Assembly: GCA_963665125.2 (NCBI GenBank)
Contig: CAXXUK010000001.1
Span: 32,001 to 96,000, forward strand
DNA length: 64,000 bases
Direction: 5' to 3'
Source: an uncultured Desulfarculus sp.
GTDB lineage: Bacteria; Desulfobacterota; Desulfarculia; Desulfarculales; Desulfarculaceae
Under the pieces are notes generated by a model. It did no database searches. It had not been told where the DNA came from and worked only from the letters and a program-made list of their open reading frames with translations. Position 1 is the first letter of the stretch, and every line of letters starts with the position of its first letter. Shown piece by piece: positions 50,751 through 61,027 of the stretch. A program made the position numbers and the translations under genes.

Positions 50751-51179
50751 ATGAATGAAATGTATTTCCATCCCGTGTGGCAAATGGCCGCTTCGCTGAT
50801 AGCGTTGTATGCGCTATGGCTGGGCTGGGCCAGGGTGCGTTCGCTGCACCTGGGACGGGCGGCGTCCTTCAAACGCAGGCGGCACATAATATGGGGCCAA
50901 ACGGCGATATACGCCTGGCTGGCCGGAGTGGCCGGGGGGATGATTCAGGCCCATGAATACTGGAACGGTTGGCTGAAAACCGGCGGCCACGCCTGGGTGG
51001 GCATGATCATGACCGCGCTAATGGCCTGGGGCCTGGCCAGCGGGCTGTATATGGCCCGAAGGCCTGAAAGGCGCACGGTGTTGCCCCTGCTGCACGGCAT
51101 TGGCAATGCCGGGCTGGTGGGCCTGGCCTTGGTTCAATTCTTCAGCGGAAGGACCCTGTTGGAGCAAATAATGTTTTAA
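50751..51179 (+). CDS. DUF4079-like membrane protein
   Basis: HP near the N-terminus; His-bearing TM helices. Confidence 0.7.
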   Translation: MNEMYFHPVWQMAASLIALYALWLGWARVRSLHLGRAASFKRRRHIIWGQTAIYAWLAGVAGGMIQAHEYWNGWLKTGGHAWVGMIMTALMAWGLASGLYMARRPERRTVLPLLHGIGNAGLVGLALVQFFSGRTLLEQIMF

Positions 51180-51321
51180 TCTCGACGTCCGGGAGCTTTT
51201 TCGCTGAAGTGATCGCCCGGCCGGTCCGATAAGATTCATGCAGGCAGCATTGGAACCCTTGGGCGCGGCCCGCCGATCTGCTAAACTTGTTTCGGCTCAA
51301 CATCACAGGGAGATCCTGACG

Positions 51322-51792
51322 ATGACCAAAATAGATCAGATCCTACCGGGGCAGATAGAAGGCCAGCAACAAAAGGCCAAGACCGCCAAGGGTGAAGGCC
51401 CTTCGTTTCAGAGCTTTTTGGACAAGGCCCAGGCCGCCGAAAAGGCCGCGCCGGACGGCATACAGCAGGTCCAGGAATCCAGCCTGACGGCTCCGGTTCA
51501 GCAGGTCGGCCAAATGAACGCCATCGCGGGCCAGGCCCAGATAGCCGCCGTGCAACAGGCCGAGGACCTCTTGTCCAGCATGGAGCAATACGCCCAAATG
51601 CTGGGCGGCAACTCGACGCTCAAGCAGATGCAGGGGCTGGTTAATCAAATCCGTGAGCAGGCAGGTCAGTTGCAGCAGGCCGCCGGCTCGTTGCCCGAAG
51701 GTGATGAACTCAGCGGACTCCTGGAAGAAGTCCAGGCCCAGGCCGCCGTGGAATTGATGAAATTCGATAGAGGCGAGTACAATCCGGCCTAG
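51322..51792 (+). CDS. Hypothetical protein, Gln-rich and helical
   Basis: SFQSFL and C-terminal E..KF.RG.Y pattern. Confidence 0.7.
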   Translation: MTKIDQILPGQIEGQQQKAKTAKGEGPSFQSFLDKAQAAEKAAPDGIQQVQESSLTAPVQQVGQMNAIAGQAQIAAVQQAEDLLSSMEQYAQMLGGNSTLKQMQGLVNQIREQAGQLQQAAGSLPEGDELSGLLEEVQAQAAVELMKFDRGEYNPA

Positions 51793-51869
51793 CGCCGGTG
51801 AGAGTGGGACGTTAGCGACCGATCCCATACCCGGGGCGGGCAGTGCGACGGCATTGCCCGTCTGTTTTT

Positions 51870-52211
51870 TTACTTTTGATCAGCCGGGACCGTGCCGGGC
51901 TGCTGATTGCGCAGATCGATGACCGTGCCCTGCAATACGTCCATGGACTTGCGTTCCTTCCAGCGTTCATGGGCCTCGTTCTCGGCCGCGTCCTTGGCCG
52001 TGTTTCCGCCGGCCGAATAAACCACCTCGTCACCCTGTTGCCGGACCGGGCTTTGGGATTGCACCTGCTCCTGTTCCAGCATTTTTTGGATGGTGGCGTC
52101 GCTGACCCCGGCGTTTTTCAGCTTGATGACCTCGTCCGCTGTCAGAGCCCAGGCGGCGGAGGCGGCGCCAAACAGCAATAGACCGGCCAATACCGATGCG
52201 GTGAAACGCAT
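51870..52211 (-). CDS. Exported hypothetical protein
   Basis: Signal peptide; EVIKLKNAGVSDATI motif; AGGAG ribosome-binding site. Confidence 0.75.
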   Translation of the reverse strand: MRFTASVLAGLLLFGAASAAWALTADEVIKLKNAGVSDATIQKMLEQEQVQSQSPVRQQGDEVVYSAGGNTAKDAAENEAHERWKERKSMDVLQGTVIDLRNQQPGTVPADQK

Positions 52212-52337
52212 GTCGTCGCTCCTTTTCGATCATATATGAAAAAATATAACACGTACGGCGGCTGGGAGCTTTAAAATGCATGGTGTCGTTTGTGCGGCGC
52301 AATGGTTTTTTGGGTCAGTTTGCGGTAGGATACGGCC

Positions 52338-54230
52338 ATGAACAAGAGAATGATCATAAACGCGACCGAGCCCGATGAAATGAGGGTTGCCGTTATCCAG
52401 GGCGGCTTGCTGGAAGGGTTTTACGTTGAAACCGCAGCCAGGGAACAGACCCGGGGCAATATCTACAAGGGCGTCGTAACCAATATTGAAAACAGCCTTC
52501 AGGCGGCGTTCATAAACTACGGCGCCGCCCGAAACGGCTTTTTGCAACTCAGCGACATCTGCCCGGCCATTGTGAAAAGCACTGGCGGCGATGCCGCCAA
52601 GTCGCCCAAAAAGATCCGGGACTATCTGCGGTTGGGGCAGGAGGTTCTGGTGCAGGTGGTCAAGGAGGAAACCGGCAACAAGGGCGCCAGCCTTACCACC
52701 TATTTCTCCATACCCGGCCAATACCTCGTTTTGACGCCGGGGCACGAGGCCCAGGGCGTTTCCCGCAACATCAACAGCGAAGCCGAACGCGAACGCATCC
52801 GCAAGGCCCTGTCCGATCTGAAAAGGCCGGGCGGGTTGGGGGTCATCGCCCGCACCGACGCCGAGGGCCGCTCCAAACGCGAGATCCAAAACAACTTCCA
52901 GAAATTGATCCGCCTATGGAGGGATATCCAACGCCGCGGCGACAAGGCCAGGGCTCCCCAGTTGATCCACAAGGAAGAAGAGCTTGCCGTCCGCACGGTG
53001 CGCGATCTGTTTACCAGCGATGTCAAGGAGATCCTGGTGGACAGCAGCGACGTCTACGAGCGCATAAAAAAATACCTGGGCGTGGTCAGCCCCCGGCGCA
53101 AGGACCAATTGCGCCTGTACAAGGACCAAGAGCCGATCTTCCGGCGCTACCAGGTGGAACAGCAGATCATGTCGGTGTACCAGCCCACCGTTGATCTGCC
53201 CGGCGGCGGCAGTATCGTGATCCATCCCACCGAGGCCCTGGTTTCCATTGATGTCAACAGCGGCCGGGCCCACGGTGGGCGGCAGATCGAAGACACGGCC
53301 CTGAACGTCAACCTGGAGGCCGCCGTGGAAGTGGCCCGTCAGCTTATGCTGCGCGATCTGGGCGGCTTGGTGGTGGTTGATTTTATTGACATGCGCGACC
53401 GGGCCAACCAACGGGCGGTGCGCAAGAAGCTGGCCGATGAATTAAAAAAGGACAAGGCCAAGACGGCGGTGGGGGCAATAAGCCGTTTTGGTTTGTTGGA
53501 ACTCAGCCGCCAGCGGATCAGGCCGCCCATAGACTTTGGCGCGACCATGGTATGCCCGCACTGCGGCGGCAGGGGCGTGGTTAAAACACCCGAGGCCGTC
53601 GGGCGCAATGTGCTGCGCAGCCTTGAAAGGCGGCTTTCGGGCCGCGAAAAGGGCGGGATGCGTGTGCGCATGGCTCCGGGCGCGGCGCATTATCTGCTCA
53701 ACGCCCGCAGGCAGGACCTGTATGCCCTGGAGCAACGTTACGGCATTGTCCTGGAGTTGGTGGGTGAGCCGGGCATGACGGGCGAGGAAATCCAGTTGGA
53801 GCGCTTCGAGGCATCATGGGCGCCGCCGCCACCGCTGGAAAAGGTTTGTGAGCAGGCCGCTGAAGAGCCCCTGGTCAAGAAGAAGGAACCTGCCGAAGCC
53901 CCGGCCGAAAACGGCCAGGCCGCGGCGGATCAGGCCAAAAAAAGCGCTCCGCAAAAGCGCAGGCGCGGCGGTCGGCGCCGGACCAAGAAAAAAGAACCTG
54001 ATTCCCCGCAAGATCAGCAGGTTAACGGAAAAGCCGAACCAGAGGACAAGGGGTCCAAAGAAGAGCCGGTCTCTGCCGATCAGCAAGTCCGAGCCGGGGA
54101 AGATCAGGCCCCTAAAAAACGCAAGCGTCGCAGTGGCGCCTCCCGCCGCAAGAGTAAAATGCCTAATCAGTGGCCGGATGAACAACAGGGGATCGTCCCC
54201 ATAGTCACACAAGACGACACCTTTGAGTGA
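52338..54230 (+). CDS. Rne/Rng-family ribonuclease
   Basis: GNIYKG, KGASLT, IDVNSG, DFIDM, CPHC; Arg-rich disordered tail. Confidence 0.94.
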   Translation: MNKRMIINATEPDEMRVAVIQGGLLEGFYVETAAREQTRGNIYKGVVTNIENSLQAAFINYGAARNGFLQLSDICPAIVKSTGGDAAKSPKKIRDYLRLGQEVLVQVVKEETGNKGASLTTYFSIPGQYLVLTPGHEAQGVSRNINSEAERERIRKALSDLKRPGGLGVIARTDAEGRSKREIQNNFQKLIRLWRDIQRRGDKARAPQLIHKEEELAVRTVRDLFTSDVKEILVDSSDVYERIKKYLGVVSPRRKDQLRLYKDQEPIFRRYQVEQQIMSVYQPTVDLPGGGSIVIHPTEALVSIDVNSGRAHGGRQIEDTALNVNLEAAVEVARQLMLRDLGGLVVVDFIDMRDRANQRAVRKKLADELKKDKAKTAVGAISRFGLLELSRQRIRPPIDFGATMVCPHCGGRGVVKTPEAVGRNVLRSLERRLSGREKGGMRVRMAPGAAHYLLNARRQDLYALEQRYGIVLELVGEPGMTGEEIQLERFEASWAPPPPLEKVCEQAAEEPLVKKKEPAEAPAENGQAAADQAKKSAPQKRRRGGRRRTKKKEPDSPQDQQVNGKAEPEDKGSKEEPVSADQQVRAGEDQAPKKRKRRSGASRRKSKMPNQWPDEQQGIVPIVTQDDTFE

Positions 54231-54415
54231 GTTAAAGCGCAAAAGCAATCCCCGCCCGGTTTTGTGCACAAAAAACAGTTTTGGTTTGATGGAAATCGGG
54301 CCGGTTTTCGTTAGTTATGGGCAATGGCTCAAAATGTGAGTTTGTCTTGGAACTGTTTAATAATAATAGGCTTTTCATGCTGGATCCAAACTAGCCGACA
54401 TTCACTGGGTTAGGC

Positions 54416-54468
54416 TTGTGATTCTCGACACATTTTTCTTGACAACCCCCTTAACCCTGCGATAGAAG
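54416..54468 (+). promoter_or_regulatory. Candidate Rex-like operator and sigma70 promoter of aprBA
   Basis: TTGTGA-N6-ACACAT just upstream of TTGACA (54439-54444); the -10 box is weak. Confidence 0.45.
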
Positions 54469-54761
54469 GTCATCACCTCATTGGAATTTTGACCATGTAA
54501 GGCCAATGACGGAAACTCGTCGGGCGAAACCCCGGAGTTGCGCGATAAAGTTTTTGTTTACTTTGGCCGAAGCATAGAGTTATACTTTGTTCCAATAGGC
54601 ACAAGTTCGATTCACCGGACACGGGCCGCAAGCGTCCTAATGGGTAGGACGAAGGGCCTTGGGTCCGGTGTAGGATTGGTTACAAGGGGACCGAGCGGAT
54701 GATCCGCACGGTCATTGGTTAGGTTGTAATAGGACAACCAATACCTAACGGAGGAAACTGA

Positions 54762-55217
54762 ATGCCAAGCTATGTAATCGTCGAAAAGTGCGATGGCTGC
54801 AAAGGTCAGGATAAGACCGCTTGCATGTACATCTGCCCCAACGACCTTATGCTGTTGGACAAAGACGGCTCCCTGGGTTATGGGGAAATGAAGGCCTTCA
54901 ACCGTGACGCCTCCATGTGCTGGGAGTGCTACAACTGCGTCAAGATTTGCCCTCAGCAGGCGATCGACATCCGTGGTTACGCAGACTTCATGCCCCTGGG
55001 CGGCAGCGTTGTGCCTCTGCGTGGTTCCGACAGCATCATGTGGACCGTCAAGTTCCGTGATGGCAACGTCAAACGCTTCAAGTTCCCCATCCGGACCACC
55101 GCTGAAGGTTCCGCCGAGCCTCTGGGCGGCTTCGATGAGGGCGATGGCGACATCACCACCGCCACCCTGATGACCGAGCCGGCTTCCACTGGCGCGGACG
55201 TGCTTCCCACCCGCTAG
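54762..55217 (+). CDS. aprB: Adenylylsulfate reductase beta subunit
   Basis: CDGCKGQDKTACMYICP, CWECYNCVKICP, KRFKFPIRTT. Confidence 0.98.
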   Translation: MPSYVIVEKCDGCKGQDKTACMYICPNDLMLLDKDGSLGYGEMKAFNRDASMCWECYNCVKICPQQAIDIRGYADFMPLGGSVVPLRGSDSIMWTVKFRDGNVKRFKFPIRTTAEGSAEPLGGFDEGDGDITTATLMTEPASTGADVLPTR

Positions 55218-55242
55218 TAAGGTCTCTGGAGGAGAATGAGAA

Positions 55243-57111
55243 ATGGCTGATTTCGAAACCGTACAGGTCACTACAGACCTTCTGATCTGCGGCGGCGGCA
55301 TGGCTGCTGCGGGCGCTTCCGTTGAAGCCGCCTATTGGGCCAAAAAGAACGGCCTGAAAGTCACCTTGGTTGACAAGGCCGCTTTCGACCGCAGTGGTGC
55401 CGTGGCCATGGGCCTGAGCGCCATCAACGAGTACATCGGCTACGCCGCCGGTGACAACTCTCTCGAGGACTACGTCAAGTACGTCCGCCAGGACCTCATG
55501 GGCATCGCCCGCGACGACCTGGTCTACAACATCGCCCGCCACGTCGACAGCTCGGTGCACCTGTTTGAAAAATGGGGCCTGCCGATCTGGACCGACGAAA
55601 ACGGCAAGTACGTCCGTGAGGGCCGGTGGCAGATCATGATCAACGGCGAGTCCTACAAGGTCATCGTCGCTGAGGCCGCCAAAAACGCCATGAACGACGC
55701 CGGCTACGAGATTTTCGAGCGCGTCTTCATCGTTGGTCCGGTAATGGACGGCGACCGTGTTGCTGGCGCCTACGGCTTCAGCACCCGTGAGAACAAATTC
55801 TACGTATTCAACGCCAAGGCCACCATCGCCGTGATGGGCGGCGCCGTGCACGTGTTCCGTCCGCGCAGCGTCGGTGAAGGTCTGGGCCGCTCCTGGTATC
55901 CGCCGTTCAACAGCGGTTCCACCACCTACTTCGAGGTGATGGCCGGTGCCGAGCTGACCTGCCAGGAAATCCGCTTCATCCCCGTGCGCTTCAAGGACGC
56001 TTATGGTCCTGTTGGTGCCTGGTTCCTGCTGTTCAAGAGCCGTGCCACCAGCGCCACCGGCGGTGAGTACATGGTCGAGCGCAAAGCCGAGTTGGAAAAC
56101 TGGGCTCCTTACGGCCTGGTGAAGCCGATCCCGGCCAACCTGCGCAACTACCTGGGCATGCTCGACAACGACGCCGGCCTGGGCCCGCTGTACATGGAGA
56201 CCGCTGAGGCTATCCAAAAACTGGCCGACGCCTACAAGGACGATCCCAAGGCCTTCAAAAAGAAGATGAAGAGCCTGGAAAACGAAGCCTGGGAAGACTT
56301 CCTGGATATGACCTGCTCGCAGGCTCTGCTTTGGGCCTCCAGCAACATCTATCCTGAGGAAAGCCGCTCGGAAATCGCCGCTTGCGAGCCGTACTTCATC
56401 GGTTCACACTCCGGCGGTTCCGGTGCGTGGGTTTCCGGTCCCGAGGACCTGGACACTCCGTACAAGTGGGGCTACGGCAACATGACCACGGTCAAGGGCC
56501 TGTTCACCGCTGGTGACGGTTCCGGCGCCTCCAGCCACAAGTTCTCCTCCGGCTCCCACGCCGAAGGCCGCTTCGCTGGCAAGGAAGCTGTCCGCTTCAT
56601 CCTTGACAACAACACTCTGCCCGCTCTGGGCGACGTCGAGGCCCTGAAGGCCAAGGCTCTGGCTCCGTTGGATCGCTTCAATGAGTTCAAGGGCCTGTCC
56701 ACCGACCCGCTCCTGAACCCCAACTACCTGCGCCCGACTTCGTTCATGTTCCGCCTGCAGAAGATCATGGACGAGTACGCTGGTGGTGTTGTGTCCGCAT
56801 TCAAGACCTCCCAGAAGCTTCTGGAGCGCGGTATTGAGCTGCTGGACATGCTGAAGGAAGACGCCGACAAACTCGGCGCCGCCAACACCTACGAGTTGGA
56901 GCGTTGCTGGGAGAACGTGCATCGTATGTGTCAGGCTGAGGCCCACGTGCGCACCATGCTGTTCCGCGAAGAGACTCGTTGGCCGGGCTACTACTTCCGC
57001 GCCGACACTCCCAAGATGGACGAGGCCAACTGGAAGTGCTTCGTCAACTGCTCCGTCAAGGACGGTGAGTGGGAGTTCAAGAAGGTCCCCGTCGTCCCCA
57101 TGGACGTGTAA
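55243..57111 (+). CDS. aprA: Adenylylsulfate reductase alpha subunit
   Basis: RSGAVAMGLSAIN, WQIMINGES, HKFSSGSHAEGR, REETRWPG. Confidence 0.98.
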   Translation: MADFETVQVTTDLLICGGGMAAAGASVEAAYWAKKNGLKVTLVDKAAFDRSGAVAMGLSAINEYIGYAAGDNSLEDYVKYVRQDLMGIARDDLVYNIARHVDSSVHLFEKWGLPIWTDENGKYVREGRWQIMINGESYKVIVAEAAKNAMNDAGYEIFERVFIVGPVMDGDRVAGAYGFSTRENKFYVFNAKATIAVMGGAVHVFRPRSVGEGLGRSWYPPFNSGSTTYFEVMAGAELTCQEIRFIPVRFKDAYGPVGAWFLLFKSRATSATGGEYMVERKAELENWAPYGLVKPIPANLRNYLGMLDNDAGLGPLYMETAEAIQKLADAYKDDPKAFKKKMKSLENEAWEDFLDMTCSQALLWASSNIYPEESRSEIAACEPYFIGSHSGGSGAWVSGPEDLDTPYKWGYGNMTTVKGLFTAGDGSGASSHKFSSGSHAEGRFAGKEAVRFILDNNTLPALGDVEALKAKALAPLDRFNEFKGLSTDPLLNPNYLRPTSFMFRLQKIMDEYAGGVVSAFKTSQKLLERGIELLDMLKEDADKLGAANTYELERCWENVHRMCQAEAHVRTMLFREETRWPGYYFRADTPKMDEANWKCFVNCSVKDGEWEFKKVPVVPMDV

Positions 57112-57131
57112 TGATCTTCTGATCGCTTAGC

Positions 57132-57167
57132 AACTCCAGGCGCCACTAGTGGCGCCTGGAGTTTTTT
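57132..57167 (+). terminator. Intrinsic terminator after aprA
   Basis: AACTCCAGGCGCCAC-TA-GTGGCGCCTGGAGTT palindrome followed by a T-run. Confidence 0.85.
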
Positions 57168-57484
57168 GCCTGTTTCCGGGCATTAACACCGGCGATGGAC
57201 AAAAAACTGCTCCTGTAGATTTGCTGGAAATGCAGGGGGGTGCCGAAAAAGTGAAGATATGCCGTCCCTTGCGTTCACAAAAGCTGGACGTGGGAATCGC
57301 GAAGTTGTATATTCTTTCACTAATACAATTTCTGGCCCTTACGGATCGGGAATAAGCGCCGCTGGCGGCGAGAACAGCGCAGGCCGGACTTCGGTAGTCC
57401 GGACCGCGTTTTTCATGCAAAACCGCCTGCTGCGACAAGAAAATTCACCGGAGGACATTAAACCACATGACAGAGGAGAGCACG

Positions 57485-58720
57485 ATGGGCCAAGCAATCA
57501 TGGTCGTCGGTGCTGGCATGTCCGGGCTCAGCGCCGCTCTTGAGGCCGCTGAAACCGGCTGCAAGGTGGTCTTGGTTGAGAAAAACCCCTACCTTGGCGG
57601 CCGCGTGGCTCAGCTGCATCAGTACTTCCCCAAGCTTTGTCCGCCCTATTGCGGTTTGGAGATCAACTTCAGGCGTATCCGGAGCAACAGCAACATCGAA
57701 ATCATTACCATGGCCGAAGTAACCGGTATCGAAGGCGAAGCCGGCAACTACAAGGTCACGGTCAAGCAGTCTCCGCGCTATGTCAACGACAAGTGCACGG
57801 GCTGCGGCAAATGCTCCGAGGCGGTAGAGGCCGAGATCGACAACGCCTTCAACTACGGTTTGGACAAGACCAAGGCCGCTTACCTGCCTCATGATCTTGC
57901 CTTCCCGCAGCGCTATGTCATCGACCCGAGCATCATCGGCACCGATGACGCCCAGAAGGCCAAGGACGCATGTCCTTACGACGCGGTAGATCTCGATGAC
58001 GCCGAGAAGGAACTGACCTTCGAGGTTGCTTCGGTGGTGTGGGCAGCCGGCTGGACCCCGTACGACGCCTCGAAGATCGAGTACTACAACTTCGACAAGA
58101 GCCCCAACATCATCAGCAACGTGCAGATGGAGCGCTTGGCTGCGGTCAACGGCCCCACCGCCGGCGAACTCAAACGCCCCGGCGACGGCGAAGCTCCCAA
58201 GAGCGTGGCCTTTATTCAGTGCGCGGGCAGCCGCGACGTGAACCACATGCCCCAGTGCTCGACCATCTGCTGCCTGGCCAGCCTCAAGCAGGCCACCTAT
58301 GTTCGCGAAAAACTGCCCGAGGCCGAAGTAACTATCTACTTCATCGACATCAGGGCAATGGACCGCAACGAAGACTTCTACAGCAAGGTCAAGGCCGACG
58401 AAGGCGTCAAGTTCGTCAAGTCCAAGATCGCCATGATCGAACCCCAGGCCGACGGCAGTCTTATCCTGGACGGCGAAAACACCGCCACGGGTGAGCGTTT
58501 CAAGGCCCAGCACGACCTGGTGGTCCTGGCCACGGGTATGCAGCCCAACACCGCTCTCCAGCAGGTTCCGGCAGACGTCGAATATGATGAATACGGCTTC
58601 TTGCTGCAGGGCGACGGCATCTACGGAGCCGGCACGGTGCGGCGGCCCAGCGAAGTTGTCACCTGCGTGCAGGACGGCACCGGCGCGGCCCTCAGAGCCA
58701 TTCAGAAGGCCGGGAGGTAG
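57485..58720 (+). CDS. qmoA: QmoA (HdrA-like flavoprotein)
   Basis: YFPKLCPP.CG, FIQCAGSRD, CSTICC; follows aprBA. Confidence 0.93.
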   Translation: MGQAIMVVGAGMSGLSAALEAAETGCKVVLVEKNPYLGGRVAQLHQYFPKLCPPYCGLEINFRRIRSNSNIEIITMAEVTGIEGEAGNYKVTVKQSPRYVNDKCTGCGKCSEAVEAEIDNAFNYGLDKTKAAYLPHDLAFPQRYVIDPSIIGTDDAQKAKDACPYDAVDLDDAEKELTFEVASVVWAAGWTPYDASKIEYYNFDKSPNIISNVQMERLAAVNGPTAGELKRPGDGEAPKSVAFIQCAGSRDVNHMPQCSTICCLASLKQATYVREKLPEAEVTIYFIDIRAMDRNEDFYSKVKADEGVKFVKSKIAMIEPQADGSLILDGENTATGERFKAQHDLVVLATGMQPNTALQQVPADVEYDEYGFLLQGDGIYGAGTVRRPSEVVTCVQDGTGAALRAIQKAGR

Positions 58721-58725
58721 TTACG

Positions 58726-60939
58726 ATGAGCAAAATTTGTTATCTCTGCAAGGGCTGCGGTATTGGTGAAGCCCTTGACTTTGAAGCAATCGAAGAGGCC
58801 GTCGACGAGAAGGGCATCAGCGAAGTAAAAGAGCACGACTGCCTGTGCTCTCCCGAAGGCATCGCCATGATCCAGGCCGATGTTGACGGCGGCGTTGACG
58901 GCGTATTGATCGGTGCCTGTAGCGCCCGCGTCAAGACCGACGAATTCGATTTCGGCCCCAACTGCATTGTCGAGCGCGCCAGCCTGCGCGAGCAGGTCGT
59001 CATGTGCACCGACATCGAGTCCACCGACGAAGGCGAAGAAGATCGCCAGATGTTGGCCGAGGACTACATGCGCATGGGTGCCGTCAAACTCGGCAAGTGC
59101 AAGCCCCTGGAGCCCTTCCAGCTTGACCATGAGGTTTACAACGACCTTATGATCGTCGGCGGCGGCCCCTCCGGCATCAGCGCCGCCCTGGCCGCAGCCA
59201 AGGCCGGCACCCAGGTATACCTGGTCGAAAAGGATGCCGCCCTTGGTGGTTTCCTCAACAAGGTCAACAAGCTGGCTCCCCAGACCACTCCCTACCAGGA
59301 ACTGGAAGACAACCCGGTGGCGGATATGGTAGCCGAGGTTGAAGCAAACGACAAGATCAAGGTTTTCACCGGTTGCACCGTGGCCAAGACCGCAGGCGCT
59401 CCGGGCTCCTTTGACGTCGAGCTTTCCAATGGCGAAAAGATCCAGGCCGGCGCCATTGTCCAGGCCACCGGTTGGGTGCCCTACGACGCAGAGAACCTCA
59501 AAGACGATCTGGCCTATGGTTCCTCAGACAATATCGTCACCAACGTCCAATTCGAGGAAACCTGCAAGGACGGCGTGCCTTCGGTCAACGCCATAGCCTT
59601 TATCCAGTGCGCCGGTTCCCGCGATGAAAACCACCTGCCGTACTGCTCGGCCTTCTGCTGCCTGGTTTCGTTGAAGCAGGCCATCGCGGTTAAGGAAGAG
59701 AATCCCGAGGCGGCGGTGTACGTGATCTACAAAGACCTCCGCGCTCCCAGCCAGAGCGAGGAAGTCTACCGCGAAGCTCAGCGCAAGGGCGTCATCTTCA
59801 TCCGCAGGGATGAGGAATACCCCAGCATCAGCGCTGACGGCGATCAGATCAGCATCACGGTCAAGGACGTGCTGCTGGACGAAGAAGTAGAGATCGAAGA
59901 GCTGGACATGGTCGTGCTGGCCACCGGTATGCAGCCCAACAACCCCCGCGTTGTTGACGCTCCCCTGGTGGCGTTCGGCGAGGACCAGGAAGCCGCCAAG
60001 AAGAAGGCTGCCGAGGCCAAGGCCGCCTGCGACGACTGGAGCGTGCTGAACCTGCAGTACCGCCAGGGCCCGAACCTTCCGACCCTGAAGTACGCCATGC
60101 CCGACAGCCACTTCATCTGCTTCCCCTATGAGAGCCGCCGCACCGGTATCTATGCTTCCGGTACGGTTCGCCGCCCCATGCGCCTGACCCAGGCCATGGA
60201 CGACGGCGTGGGCGCGGCCCTCAAGGCCATCCAGGCCATCAAGGGCGCCGCGGACGGTTGCGCCGTGCATCCCCGCGCCGGCGACATGAGCTTCCCCGAG
60301 TTCGCAATGCAGCGTTGTACCCAGTGCAAGCGCTGCACCGAGGAATGCCCCTTCGGCGCCATCAACGAAGATGAAAAGGCCAACCCGCTGCCCAACCCCA
60401 CCCGCTGCCGTCGTTGCGGCGTGTGCATGGGCGCGTGTCCCGAACGCATCATTTCGTTCAAGAACTACAGCGTGGACATGATCGGCTCCATGATCAAGAG
60501 CATGGAAGTTCCGGACGAGGACGAAGAAAAGCCCAGGGTCATCGTGCTTGCGTGCGAAAACGATGCTCTGCCGGCCATCGACATGGCCGCTAAGAACGGC
60601 GTCACCTGGAGCCCCTTCGTGCGCTTTATCCCGGTCCGCTGCCTGGGTTCGATGAACCTGGTGTGGATCGCCGACGCGCTGTCCAGCGGTATTGACGGCA
60701 TCGTGCTGATGGGCTGCCGCCGCGGCGACGACTATCAGTGCCACTTTGTGAAGGGTTCCGAACTGGCAAACGTTCGTATGTCCAAGATCTCTGAGACCCT
60801 GGACCGCCTGGTGCTCGAAAGCGAGCGCGTGCGCGTCGAGGAAGTCGGCATCACCGACATGGCCAAGATTCCGGCCATACTCGAAGAGTTCATGGAAACC
60901 ATCGACGAAGTAGGTCCGAACCCCTACAAGGGATTCTAG
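58726..60939 (+). CDS. qmoB: QmoB (HdrA-like, ferredoxin and MvhD domains)
   Basis: HFICFPYE, two CxxCxxC motifs, VRCLGS, GPNPYKGF. Confidence 0.95.
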   Translation: MSKICYLCKGCGIGEALDFEAIEEAVDEKGISEVKEHDCLCSPEGIAMIQADVDGGVDGVLIGACSARVKTDEFDFGPNCIVERASLREQVVMCTDIESTDEGEEDRQMLAEDYMRMGAVKLGKCKPLEPFQLDHEVYNDLMIVGGGPSGISAALAAAKAGTQVYLVEKDAALGGFLNKVNKLAPQTTPYQELEDNPVADMVAEVEANDKIKVFTGCTVAKTAGAPGSFDVELSNGEKIQAGAIVQATGWVPYDAENLKDDLAYGSSDNIVTNVQFEETCKDGVPSVNAIAFIQCAGSRDENHLPYCSAFCCLVSLKQAIAVKEENPEAAVYVIYKDLRAPSQSEEVYREAQRKGVIFIRRDEEYPSISADGDQISITVKDVLLDEEVEIEELDMVVLATGMQPNNPRVVDAPLVAFGEDQEAAKKKAAEAKAACDDWSVLNLQYRQGPNLPTLKYAMPDSHFICFPYESRRTGIYASGTVRRPMRLTQAMDDGVGAALKAIQAIKGAADGCAVHPRAGDMSFPEFAMQRCTQCKRCTEECPFGAINEDEKANPLPNPTRCRRCGVCMGACPERIISFKNYSVDMIGSMIKSMEVPDEDEEKPRVIVLACENDALPAIDMAAKNGVTWSPFVRFIPVRCLGSMNLVWIADALSSGIDGIVLMGCRRGDDYQCHFVKGSELANVRMSKISETLDRLVLESERVRVEEVGITDMAKIPAILEEFMETIDEVGPNPYKGF

Positions 60940-61027
60940 GTTATTATCAATGGGGGCTCACATGGGTGGTGGGCCCCCATTGGTTTATTGTTTAAATGAA
61001 TTATGTTCATAGAGCGCGAGGTATTTG

